Origin: Scenedesmus sp. PABB004
Lineage: Eukaryota
Assembly (NCBI GenBank): GCA_014905635.1
Contig: CM026547.1
Span: forward strand, 4,833,735-4,853,734
Length of the DNA: 20,000 nt
Reading direction: 5' to 3'
The notes beneath the pieces are model-generated. The model was not told the origin of the DNA. It saw only the letters and a list, made by a program, of their open reading frames with translations, and searched no databases. Made by a program: the position numbers and the translations under genes. This document shows positions 8,659-19,600 of the stretch, piece after piece (the first letter of the stretch is position 1; each line of letters begins with the position of its first letter).

Positions 8659-11233
8659 ATGGCGGCCGACGCGCGGCTGTCGCGCAAGGTGCGTGCGGCC
8701 GCTGCTGTGCGCGCGTGGCGGCGCCGCCGCGTGCTGCGCCGCCGCCGGGGGCCGCCCGCCCACCGCGCCGCGCCGCGCCGCGCCGCCGCACAGGCGGTGT
8801 ACGTGAGCGACCGCTTGACGGTGCTGGACCGGCTCACGAGCGAGAGCGCGGCGCTGCTCGACGCGCTGCAGGAGACGCTGGCGTCGCTGACGGAGCTCAC
8901 GGCGCCGATCCACTCGCGCGCGACCGCGCTGACCGCGGCGCAGCGCAACATCGCGTCCGCCAAGGGCGCGGCGGACGCGCTGCTGGAGCACCTCGACACC
9001 GGGCGCCGCGTGGGCGGCGTGCTCGCGGTTGGCCCGGGGCGCGACCTCGATGCGTTCCTTGAGGCGCTCGGCGCGCTGGAGCGCAGCAACGCCTTCCTCA
9101 CCCAGCACGCCTCGCTCGCGGCGGTGCGCGCCGCGCTCGCGCACAGCCAGGGCGTGTTCAACGCCGCGCTCGAGGCGTGCGACGCCGACTTCACTGCGAG
9201 CCTCGCGGCCGGCGCGCGCGCCTGCGCGCCGCCGTCCGCATGGCTGCGCAGCAAGCTGGACGCGCCCGTCACTGGTGGGCGCGCGCACGGCGAGGGGCCG
9301 GGACGCCGGCTCTGCTGAGCGCGCGAGTGAGGCGCGCGCGCGTGCGACACGGACCTCGCCGCTCGCCACCCCGCACCCCCCGCAGAGAGCAGCCGGGCCG
9401 AGCTGGTGCGGGACCTGGTGCCGCCCGCGGTGCTGCCCAAGCTGCGGCGCATGGTGGAGATCATGCTGGACGCAGGCTACGCGCCCGCGCAGGCGCACTT
9501 CGTGGACGCGCGGCACAAGGCGCTGGCCCAGGTCGGCGACGCGCGGCGCGGCGCGGCCGGCGGGCACGGCGCGCCCGCCGCATGCGCTCACGGCGCGCCC
9601 GCCGCATGCGCTGCGCGTGACGGCCGGCCGTGCCTCGCGAGCGCAGGCGCTGTCTGAGCTGGGCGTCGAGCTCGCGGGGGGCGTTTCGCTGGCGGGGTTG
9701 ACCTCTGAGCAGCTGGACCGGCACATCGCGGCGTGGAGCAGCCAGCTGCGCGCGCTGTCGCTGCTGTTGCTGAGGTGCGCAGCAGCCAGCGCCGCGTGCG
9801 CAGCGCGCCTGGTGCTGGCAGGCCCACCCCGCGCCGCGCGCGCCACCCCCACGCCCCAGTGAGGAGCGGCTGGTGGCTTCGATCTGGCCCGCGAGCGCGG
9901 CGGGCGAGGTGTTTGGCCGCACGGCGGCACCCCACCTCGCGGCGCTGCTGGCGGCGGGGCGCGACATCAGCGCGGCGCGCGGGCTGCCGCCCGACAAGGT
10001 CTTTGCGCTGCTCGACATGCACCGCGCGATCACGGCCTGCCTGCCCGTGCTTGACGGCCTGCTTGCGACGGCGCCGGGCCTCGCGGGCGCGCTCGACGGC
10101 CTGGCGCGCCTCGGCCACGCAGCGGCGGCGGCCGCGGGCTCGCTGTTTAGCGAGTACGAGGAGGGCGTGGCGCGCGACGCCAACAAGGTGCTGCCCCTGG
10201 ACGGCACGGTCCACCCGCTCGCCGCGCAGGTGGTGTCATACCTCAAGGTGCGGCGCGGCGCGGCGCGGCTCGCGCGCGCGCGGGGGCCGCCAGCGCGCGG
10301 CGCCGCCCCGACGCCCGCGCCGGCGCGCGCGCGCCCGCGCGCGCCGCCGCCGCAGCGCCTGCTGAGCTACGACAACGCCGCGGAGGTGCTGTGCGGCGGC
10401 GGCGACGCGGCGGCCGCCGAGGCGGCGCTCGCGGCGGGCGTGTCGCGGCTGCTGGCGCAGCTGCTGGGCGCGCTGGAGGGCAAGTGCCGCGCGTACCGCA
10501 ACGACGCGCTGGGGTGCCTGTTCATGATGAACAACGCCCACTACGCGGCGGCCAGCGTGGAGGCGTGCGCGCCCGCGCTGCGCCTGCTCGGCCGCGACTG
10601 GCTGGAGCGCCAGAAGGACGCGGTCGAGGACTGGGGCGCGCGCTACCACGAGGCGACCTGGGGGCCCGTCATCGCGCGCCTCAAGGCGCGCGCGCGGGAG
10701 GCTAAGAGCGCCGCGCGCCGCACCGCGCCGTGGGGCGCGCCGCGCCGCGCCGCGCGCCGACGCCGTGCGCTGCTCGCCGCGCCAGGCGGAGCCGCCGCCG
10801 GACGTGGGGCGGCTGAAGCTGATGCTCAAGGAGGCGTTTGCGGCGTTCAACGCCGCCATCGAGCGCATCTACACGCACCAGAGCGGGTGCGCGCCGCCGT
10901 GCGCGCCCGTGCGCGGGCGGCGCGGCCGCCCCCACGCGCCGCCGCTCAGCGCGCGCGCGCCCCGCCCGCCCGCCGCGCATCCCCAGGTGGACCATCCCCG
11001 ACCACATGCTGCGCGGCGCGGTCAAGCGCGTGATCAAGGACGACCTGCTGGGGCCGTACCAGGACTTCCTGCGCCGCCACGCGGACGTGGAGTTTACATC
11101 CAACCCCGCCAAGTACATCAAGTACGCGGTCAGCGACGTCGCGAGCATCATCGACGACGACCTCTTCGAGACCAAGGCCGTCAGCATGACCAAGCTCTCC
11201 CTCACGCGCGAGAAGCTGGGCGCGATCGTGTGA
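8659..11233 (+). CDS. EXO70: Exocyst complex subunit Exo70 (about 616 aa)
   Basis: Exons 8659-8688, 8794-9274, 9386-9531, 9647-9774, 9860-10247, 10356-10685, 10786-10886, 10987-11233. Exo70 motifs: PDKVFALLDM, LPLDGTVHPLAAQVVSYLK, LEGKCRAYRNDALGCLFMMNNAHY, LLGRDW, FNAAIERIYTHQSGWTIPD..LR, PAKYIKY. Confidence 0.93.
9565..9612 (+). repeat. 24-nt perfect tandem duplication in Exo70 intron 3
   Basis: cacggcgcgcccgccgcatgcgct occurs twice in tandem. Confidence 0.8.
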
Positions 11234-11446
11234 GCGGCGCGGCGGTTTTGACGTGTGTCAAGTCGAGTGTGACCGCCGCCGCGGCAGCTGCATCGCAGCT
11301 CCGGTTCCCGGCGCCGGCCCCCGCACTTGCCGCGGAGCTGCCCCGACGACGCAAGCCCACCGCCGCGCACACCTGGAAGAAGCGACAGCGCCGCTTCCAA
11401 GCACAGCTGCTGCTGCTGCGCGTGCTGGTTCTGCTGCTGCGTCGGG

Positions 11447-12231
11447 ATGCGTGTGACGGCCCTCTTCGTCGTGGCGCTGCTGGCGGTGCTTGCAGGTGCG
11501 GCGCGGCGCAGGGATGGCGCAGCCCCGCGCCGGCAGGCAGCGCCGTGGCGGGCTGGCAGCCAGCTGAGCAGCCTCAGGCACCTCTCCTCTCCCAGCCTGT
11601 CAGCCGGCCGCGCTCGTGGCCTGCGGAACCCCCGCGGCGGCGGGGCGGCAGCCGCTGCTGTAGCTGGTCCGCATGTTTGAGCAGGCGCCCCAACCGCCCG
11701 CCGCGGCGGCGGCAACCGCTGCTCGAGCTGGCCTCCATATCGGAGCAGCCGCCTCCAACCGCCGCCGCGGCGGCAGCCGCTGCTGGAGCTGGCCTGCGTG
11801 CCGCAACCGCGCCCGCCGCAGCCGCGCTGAAACGAGCTGGCCCGCGTGCCACGCGCCGCCCACCGCCGCCGCCCGCAGCCCCCGCCGCGTGCGGGCCGCT
11901 CGACTCGATCACGACCGCCTTCCAAGACGCCTCCAACGCCGTCACCGGCTTCTTCGGACGGGCGGAGCAGGGCCTGACGGGCGCCGCCGCGTCGGCGACG
12001 CGCACGGTCGATGGCGCCATTAACGGCACGACGTCGGCCTTCAACTCGGTCAGCGGAGCGGCGAACACGGTGTACAACGGCAGCCGGGCGGCGGCAGGAG
12101 CGGTGACCGGCGCGGTGTCGGCCGCGGAGCGGACCGCGCGCTCAATCAGCGGCTCGGCGGGCGCACGCAGCGGCGGGGCGGCCGTCGCGGCGGCGGGCGT
12201 GGCGGCGTGTGCGCTGCTCGCGTTCTTGTAG
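11447..12231 (+). CDS. Small secreted, probably GPI-anchored or membrane-tethered Ala/Ser/Thr-rich protein (about 133 aa)
   Basis: Exons 11447-11495 and 11879-12231 (phase-1 GT-AG intron) give MRVTALFVVALLAVLAAPAAC|GPLDSITTAFQDASNAVTGFFG...SISGSAGARSGGAAVAAAGVAACALLAFL*. It has a signal peptide, two N-G-T/S sequons, and a C-terminal hydrophobic tail after small residues. Confidence 0.7.
11631..11810 (+). repeat. Degenerate tandem repeat of about 65 nt, about 2.7 copies, in the intron of the secreted-protein gene
   Basis: The core ccgcggcggc..ggcaRccgctgct..agctgg recurs three times, and the linker ..cat....gagcag.cgcc.ccaaccgcc recurs twice. Confidence 0.7.
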
Positions 12232-12425
12232 CCCCCTGGCGGAGCCCTGGTCGTCGGTAACCGGTCACACACGTTAGACCGCCGCGCGACCGACGCCGAC
12301 GGCGGCCGCCCACGCCGCCACGCTGCCAGCCTCTGTCGCCACGCCCAGCCAGCGCTGGCTGGGGATCCGGTCCTCCACAAGCCCCCGCTGCAGAACCCGC
12401 CCCTGCGGCCGCCGCCGATGCCGTG

Positions 12426-13635
12426 CTACTGCGGCGGCGCGGCGCTCGGCGGCGGGCCCGGCAGCGACGGCGGCGCGCCGGGGAAGCCGGCGGGCGGCGC
12501 GCCAGGGAAGCCGGCAGGCGGCCCGCCCGCCGGCGGCGCGCCGGGGAAGCCTGCGGGCGGGCCGCCGCCCGGCGGCGGCGCGCCCGGGAAGCCCCCCGCG
12601 CCGGGCGGGCCCGACATGAAGCCCGGCGGCGGCCCGCCGGGCATGCCTGCGGGCAGGGCACGGCGGCAGCGGCGCCAGGCCGTGGGCGGGGGGCTGCGCG
12701 CGCGTGGCGCCGCCGCCGGCGGCTGTGCTGCGCGGCGTGCCGCGCTCCCACCTGGCGGCGCTCCCATGTGCGGCGGGAAGCCCGGGCGCGGCGGCATGAA
12801 GGGCTGCATGCCCGGCATCTGCGCCCCGCGGCGCGGGGTGAGCTGCTGCCGCGCCGGCACGGCGCGCGCCCCCCGCGGGGCGCCGGCCCCCGCTCACTCA
12901 CCCCTGGCGGCGGCATGCCCATCATGGGCGGCGGCATGCCCATCAGGGGGCCTGCGGCGGCAGGGCGCGACCGGCGTCAGCGGCGGCAGCGCGGCCACGC
13001 CGACGGCGGTGCGGGCGGCGCGGCCCCGCCAGTCCGTGCACGCGCGCGCCGCCGCCGGGGGGTGCTGCGCGCGCGGGCTGCCACGCTCACCACGCGGCGG
13101 CCCGCCCATGAACGGCGGCGGCCCCATGCGCGAGGCCGCCATGTTGGCGCGCAGGTGCGCCATGTCGGGCTGTCGCGGGTCGATCATGCCCGGCGGGCCC
13201 ATCATGCCCGGCGGGCCCATCATGCCCGGCGGGCCCATCATGCCCATCGGCATGCCCATCGGCATGCCCGGCGGCATGACCATGCCCTGCGGCTCGTTCT
13301 CCGTGAACTGCATGTAGTAGTTGCGGACATTGGCCTGCGCGCGGCACACGGCAGCGGCGGCGGCGGCCTCGGCGGCGCGGCCTGCAGCGGCCGGCGCGCC
13401 CGCCCTGCGCGAGCAGGCCGGCAGCGCACCTTGTGCTTGTAGCCGCTGTTGTGCTGGCTCCGCACCGACGGCTGCGCGTGCGCAGGCAGGGCGGCGGGCG
13501 GGCGCGTGCAGCGGCGAGCGCGTCGGCGGCCGCCACTGCCGGGGCGCCGCCAGGCCGCCCGCCGCGCGGCGCAAGGCCCCTCACGCTGTCGTGGGTGAGG
13601 TAGGCGTCACAGAAGTCGCAGTAGAAGCGCGGCAT
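12426..13635 (-). CDS. SNRPC: U1 small nuclear ribonucleoprotein C (U1-C), about 224 aa
   Basis: Exons 13635-13585, 13471-13430, 13334-13091, 12951-12902, 12818-12752, 12646-12426. Zinc finger [38 protein letters not shown] followed by a Pro/Gly/Met-rich tail. Confidence 0.95.
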
Positions 13636-14145
13636 GGCTGCCGCCGGGGGCGCGCCGCCGCGCGCGAGCCCGCCGCCGGCGCTGCTGCTCGGCGCCGCCC
13701 GCGCCGCCGCGGCTGCCCGCTATCAGCGCGCTGCCGGCGGCCGGGTGCCGAGAGGGGGGTTGGAGGGGCGCAGGCGCTCCCTGGGCCGCCTCCCTCCTGG
13801 AGGCTGGGCGCGGGGCGATGGGGATGTGATTGCTGCTGCTGCTCCGCCGCGAGGGCGCCTGGCGGCGAGCGGGGCGAGCCGGAGGGTGGAGGGGCTGATC
13901 TGCGCGTGGCACGGCTCAGCTGGCACCTTGCAGTGCGCGGGGAGCGCGGCAGGCGGGCGCGAGCAGCGCAAAAGCCGCGCGGTCTGCGCCAGCCCTAGAC
14001 CTCCGCACTCGCCCGCTCGCCCACTGCCCCTCGCACACACGCCTCCATCACCGCCGCTCCGCGCGGCGGCTGCGCCTTGTCGCGGGCGCGCGCGCCATCA
14101 CTCCGGCCTCGCTCGCCTCCGGCATGCCGCGCGCGCCCTCCTGAC

Positions 14146-17100
14146 ATGGCTGAGGGCGACACGGGCGGCCTGGGCGGCCTCGTGGCGGCGCTGCGGGCGC
14201 CCGGCGATGGCGGCGCGCTCAAAGGTGCGCCGCGAGCAGCGGCGTCGACAGCGCGCGCAGCGCAGGCCGCCATGAGCAGCGCCGCGCCGGCTCCGCCGCC
14301 GCAGACGCGCTGGAGGCGCTGGACAGCGGCGTGCACGCGCTGCCGCAGGACCTGCAGCGCGCGGTGGAGCTGTACGCGCTGAACGCCTCGCAGGCGCGCG
14401 GCGCGGCCGCGCGCCGGTCGGCCGGGTAGCAGCAGCGCCGCCGCTGCGCGCGGCGCGGCTGCCGGCTGACCGCCTGCCCCGCTGCCGCCGCCGCAGTGCT
14501 GCGGCCCGGTGCCAGGGCTGAGCCCCGAGCTGCAGGCGGGCGTCGGTGAGCGGCACGCGCGCGTGGGCGGCCGCGCACCGCCAGCGCGCGTCCGCCGCGC
14601 TGCGCGCGCCGCTGCCGCCCAATGCGCCGCTGCTGGTGGCTGCCCCACGCAGCTGCCTACCTGCAGCGCTACGAAGATGCCCTTCAGCCGCAGCCGTTCA
14701 CGCAGGGGCTGCCCGAGCTCGAGCAGCACCAGCGCGCGCTGCAGGCGCGCTCGGAGCAGCAGCAGCAGCAGCAGCAGCAGCTGGAGCAGCAGCAGCTGGA
14801 GCAGCAGCAGGTGGAGCAGCAGCAGCTGGAGCAGCAGCAGGCGCCGGACCAGCCGCAGCAGGAGACGGAGCTGCCGGCGCCGGAGCAGCCGCTGGCGCAG
14901 GGCGCAGACGAGCTGGGTCTAGGCGCGGGCAGCGAGCCCCCCGGCGGGCATGGCGCCGGCGAGCGCAGCGTCGGCGCCGCTGCCGAGGCGGCGCCCGCCG
15001 GCGCCCCCGGGGTGCGAGTGAGGAGCCCGACAGCGCCGGCCAGCAGCACGCGGCGCCGCCTCTTGGTGGCGCCCCGCTCGCGCCGGCGGCAGCAGTGGAA
15101 GCGCAGCCGGCGCCTGGAAGCGCGTCGCTGCGCGGCGCAGCGGCCGCCGGCAGCACCAGCCAGGCGCCGGCAGAGGACCCGGCCGTCGCTGCCGCGGCGT
15201 CCAGCGAGCCGCCCGCCGTCGACGGCGCCGCCGCAGCGACGGCTGCCAGCACGTCCGAGCGGTGTGGCGCGGAGCAGCCCGCGCCCGTGGCCGGTTCGCG
15301 TGCTGAGCCGTCATGGGCAGGCAGCCAGGAGGGCACGTTCGTGGTGGCGGAGACGCCCGAGGAGGAGCTGCAGCGCCTTGCCAGCTTGCAGCACGCAGAC
15401 GGCCCTGCAGCGCCCGCAGCAACGTTCCCCGCGCGCGGCGTGGCTGCTGACGCGTGGACTGGCCGCGCCTCGCCAGGCCACAGCCCGCCAGCGGCGTCGC
15501 GCGGCGCGCCGGCGGCCGGGGAGCTGGACGTGGTGCCGGGCGGCGCCAGCCTCGGCGGCGGCGAGCCACCGTCGCCCTCGCAGCCGCAGCCCATGGGGCA
15601 GCAGCCTTGGCTGGGCGAAGCGGGCGCTGCGCCACGGCAGCAGGCCAGTCATGAGTCGCAGGACCCCAGCCAGGCGGCGGCGCTGCTCATGGGTGACGAC
15701 CTGCACGATGACCTCCACCCGCAGCTGCCAGAGCCCGAGCCAGCGTCAGCCCCGCAGCGCAAGTGGGCCACGCTGAAGCGCGTGGCGTTCATCACGCTCG
15801 CGCGCCGCGCCATGGGCAAGCCGGCGCACGGCGCTCCACCGGGGACCGGCGCGCCCGCGTGCGCCGCGGCGGCCGCCACCGCGGCAGCACCGGCCGCGCC
15901 GGCGTCGACCTCGGCAGTGGCGGCAGCACCGGACGCTGCGGCCGTGCCAGCAGCGACTGCGCGGCCGGCAGTCGTCGTGCAGGTGGCAGCGGCCAGCACC
16001 CAGGCAGCAGGAGCGCAGCCGAGCGGCGCGCGGGCGGCTCCCGGCTCGGTGCCGGGCGCGGCCGCGCCCGACAGCGCCGCCCTGCACCCGGCGCTGGCGC
16101 GCCAGGTCGCGGCGCTGCAGACGCTCATGGCGACGACCGCGGTCAAGCCAGGCGCTGGGGCTGCGGCTGCGCGCCCGGTGGGCCAGGGCACTGTGCGGCA
16201 GGTGGTGGCGGCCGCGGTGAGCGCGTCCGGCAAGCAGGTGGCCATCCCACGCATAGTGCCGGCCACGTTCAGGCACGCCAACGAGGAGGCGCTGCGCATC
16301 GTGCGGGAGGTGCGCTCGCAGCAGCGCAAGGCGCGCGCCGCCAAGCAGGCTGCCGCCGCCCCGGGCGGCGCGGGGGAGCAGCTGGCGCCGCCGGCGCCGC
16401 CGCGGCAGCCGTCGTCGGTGCAGTGGCCGCCGGAGGAGCCGCCGCACGCGGGCGAGCAGCCGCCGGCGCCGCACCCTGGCACCGCGGCGGGCAGCGTCGA
16501 GGCAGCTGGCAGCGGCGCGGGCGCGCCTGCTGGGGAGCTCGGTGGCCCGGCCGGCGGCGTTGGGGCGCGCACGGCTGGCGGCAGCGGCACACTGGCTGGT
16601 GGTGGCTCTGGTGGCGCAGTGCTCCACCTGGCGGGCAGCGAGTTCCACCCGCCGCTGACGCAGCCGCTGGAGGGGCTCGAGCAGCTCGCTGCTGGCGGCC
16701 TGCTGCCAGAGGGGCTGAGCCAGCTGTCCATGATGGGCGAGGACGCGCTGCTGCGCGCACTGGAGGCCACCCAGTTGCAGGCGGGCAGCCAGGCCGGCGG
16801 GCTGGCGGACGGGGGCGCCGCCACGGGCGCCGGCGGCGGCGCGACAGACCACATGGCGGCGCTCACGGCGCTGTACACGGCGGCTGTCGGGCGGCCCCCG
16901 GCGGGCGCGCCGCGGTCGCCGGAGCAGCCGGCGGGCGCCGCGCGCGCGGATGGGCCGGAGGAGGGCGCAGGTGTGCTGCAAAGCAGCGTGCCTGGCATCC
17001 GCCCTGGCAGCAAGCTGTGGGATGCCGTCCAGGAGGAGCTGGTGCCGCAGCCGCCATGGCTGCAGTCGGACGACGAGGACGCGGCGGCGCCGCACCCGGG

Positions 17101-19556
17101 CGCAGAGGGCGAGGCAGAAAGGCGGCGGCAGCAGCAGGCGGCGCACCAGCAGGCGCAGCACGAGGCGATGGCGCGCGGGTCGCCGCGAGGCGGCAGCGCT
17201 GGCAGCCGCAAGCGAGGCGCAGGGGACGGGGGGCTGCCGCCCTCGCCCAAGCGCGGGCGGCTTGCTGCCGCCTTGGACGTTGAGCAGCCGTCGCCGCAGC
17301 AGCAGCAGCAGCGGCAGGGTTCGCCACCGCCGCGTGGCCGCGGCGCGCTGGGCGGGCTGGCTGCGATGGCGCGCGGCCTGGCCGGCGGCGTCAGCACCGA
17401 CCCTGTGGCCGCGTCCGGCGGCGGCAGCGTGGCGTCGCTCGCCGGCTGGGCCGCAGCTGGCCTGGCCGCTTTGGCGGAGCAGGAAGAGCAGCTGGTGCTG
17501 GCAGCGTCCCAAGGCGTGGAGTGGCTGGAGCTTGAGGCGGGCGCAGCTGAAGCAGAGGGCGCCGCCGATGCCGCTCCTGCTGCCGCCGACGCGGCGCAGG
17601 CAGGGCGCGCAGTTGCGTCGGCCCCGGCCGTGCGTGGGCAGGTCTACGAGCGCTTTGTCACCACCACGCGCCAGCTGGACCCCAGCGCCAAGCTGGCTGT
17701 GCTGCGCGCGGTGGCGGCGGACATGGGCTTCAGCCTACCCCCGCACCTGGCGACGCTGCAGCCGGCGCAGCCCGAGCCCGAGGCCGTGCTGCAGCAGCCG
17801 CCGGCGCCGATGGCCCCGCCTGCGCAGCCACGACAGCAGCACGAGCAGCACGAGCAGCACCAGGCACAGCAGGGGCTGCTGGGGTGCCAGCAGCGCCAGC
17901 CGCTGCCAGCGCCGGCGCCGCCGCAGGCAGCGCCTCGCGGCCGGCCGCCGCGCACGGCGGCGCAGCGCGCCGCCATCGAGGCAGCCATGGAGGAAATCCT
18001 CAGCGTCCTGCTGTCGGACAGCAGCGTGGGAGAGCCGGAGGACGCAGACGCCGGCCAGGAGGTGACCGGGCGCCTCGCGCACGGCGCCGGCAGCGCAGCC
18101 GGCGCGGCAGGCGGCCAGCAGGCGCAAGTGCCTGCACCGCGCGCTGGCAGCGGCGGCGGGCTGAGCCGACTGCGCCGAGCGGCGCGCGGCGAGGTGCTGC
18201 CGGCCATCGCGGAGGGCGCGGAGCGCAGCGGCAGCCCAAGCTTTGCCTTTGGTGGGGCGGCGGCAGCGGGTGGGCACGGGGGCGACAGCCTGCTGCGCTT
18301 CGCGTCTGGCGGTCACACCAGCCAGCGGCAGAGCCCGGGGCTGCCCTCGCTGCTCGGCACCACGGCGGCGTCCCGGCCAGCTGCTCGCGGCGGCAAGCCC
18401 GGCGGCGCCGCCGCTGCCTCGGCTGCCATGGCCACCGCCGCCACGGCTGCGGCCATGGGCGCGGTGGCAGGCGTGGCTGCCAGCGTCGGCAGCCGGCGCC
18501 AGCGGCACAACGCGGCGCAGCCGCCCGGCGCCGGCGCCGGCGGCGAGCGTGGCGTGGGCGCGGCCGCGCCCAAGCGGCGGCGCGGCGCCGGCGAGGACGC
18601 AGGCAGCGACCGCGGCGGCCGCGGCGCCGGCGCTGCCATGCCGGGCGTGGCGTTTAAGTCGCTCGCGGCCGTGCGCGGCGGCAGCAGGTCGCCCTCGCCG
18701 GCGCGCGCTGCGGAGGGCGGGGGTGCTGCTGGCGAGGGCACTGCGGAGGGCGGCGCCAGCACGAGCAGCCCGCGGCAGGCGAGCTGCCCCGACGGCCGCG
18801 GCGCGCAGGGCGCCGCGCGGCTGGCCGGCGCCGGCGCACGCAGGTGAGGCGGCGCGCGTGGGCGGGCCCCAGCCGGGCACAGGGCCAGGCGGGCAGAGGC
18901 GGGCGCGCGCACGCGCGCCGCGCAGTGGCGTCGGGAGCCTAGGCCGGGTGGTTTGAGTGGCGGGATGGGGCGGCGGGGCTGATCAGGGCGGCGCGGCTGC
19001 TCTGGTCACGCTGACCGCCCGCGCGCGCCGCAGGTCGCCCGCCCCACACGCGCTGCAGCGGGCCGGGGGTGGCGTCCCCGCCGCCGCGGGGGCGGGGCGG
19101 GCGGCCGCGCCGCCGCACGCCGCGGAGGTCATGGAGGCCATGTTTGCCAAGCGCAGCTGTGCCGGCAGCAGCCCGCCCGGGCGTGCGTCGCCGCCGGCGC
19201 CGCAGGCCGCGCCAGCGGCGGCGGCGGCGGCGGCTGGCAGCGAGCGTGCGCGCGCGCGCGGGCAGGGTGGCGGCGCGGCCGGCGCGCTGCAGGGGCCATC
19301 CGGCGCCGCCGCGGCCGGCGGCCGCCCCGCGCTGGCCAACCCCTGGTCGGCCGCGCGGCAGCCCGCGCGGCACCTGCTGCGCGGCGGCGACATCGCGGCC
19401 GACCTGTTCCGGGAGATCGGCGGCGGCGGCCCACGCCCGGGCGACGGGGACGGCAGCGGCGGGGACGGCGGCGTGTCGGACGACGCGGGCCAGGTTCGAC
19501 GCGCCGCCGGTGCGGGGCGCGCAGATCAAGGGCTGGCAGGCTCGGCGGGCGGCTGA
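14146..19556 (+). CDS. Large, low-complexity, probably nuclear protein of unknown function (about 1600 aa)
   Basis: Exons 14146-14224, 14305-14393, 14497-14545, 14653-18843 (with a frame discontinuity near 15010) and 19034-19556. Contains a polyQ/LEQQQ tract, NLS-like RKRGAGDGGLPPSPKRGR and PKRRR, and many SQ/TQ and SP sites. TGTAA follows the stop. Confidence 0.6.
14757..14840 (+). repeat. CAG microsatellite and 15-nt repeat encoding polyQ and (LEQQQ)n
   Basis: (cag)8 followed by four (c/g)tggagcagcagcag units. Confidence 0.85.
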
Positions 19557-19600
19557 GGGGGCTGCGCTGCTGGCGGCTGCGGCGCGCGCACGACGCGGTT

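Noticed and set aside
12229..12428. Possible non-standard genetic code (TAG reassignment)
   Set aside because: TAG ends U1-C and the secreted protein at sensible positions, and no in-frame stops interrupt conserved exons.
12440..13270. Repeats in U1-C (PGMMGP x3; PPAGFPGAPP-type units)
   Set aside because: This is the ordinary Pro/Gly/Met-rich low-complexity tail of U1-C.
80..19033. Introner-like (repeated, mobile) introns
   Set aside because: The introns share only generic GC-rich composition and splice signals. I saw no extended similarity or terminal repeats between them.
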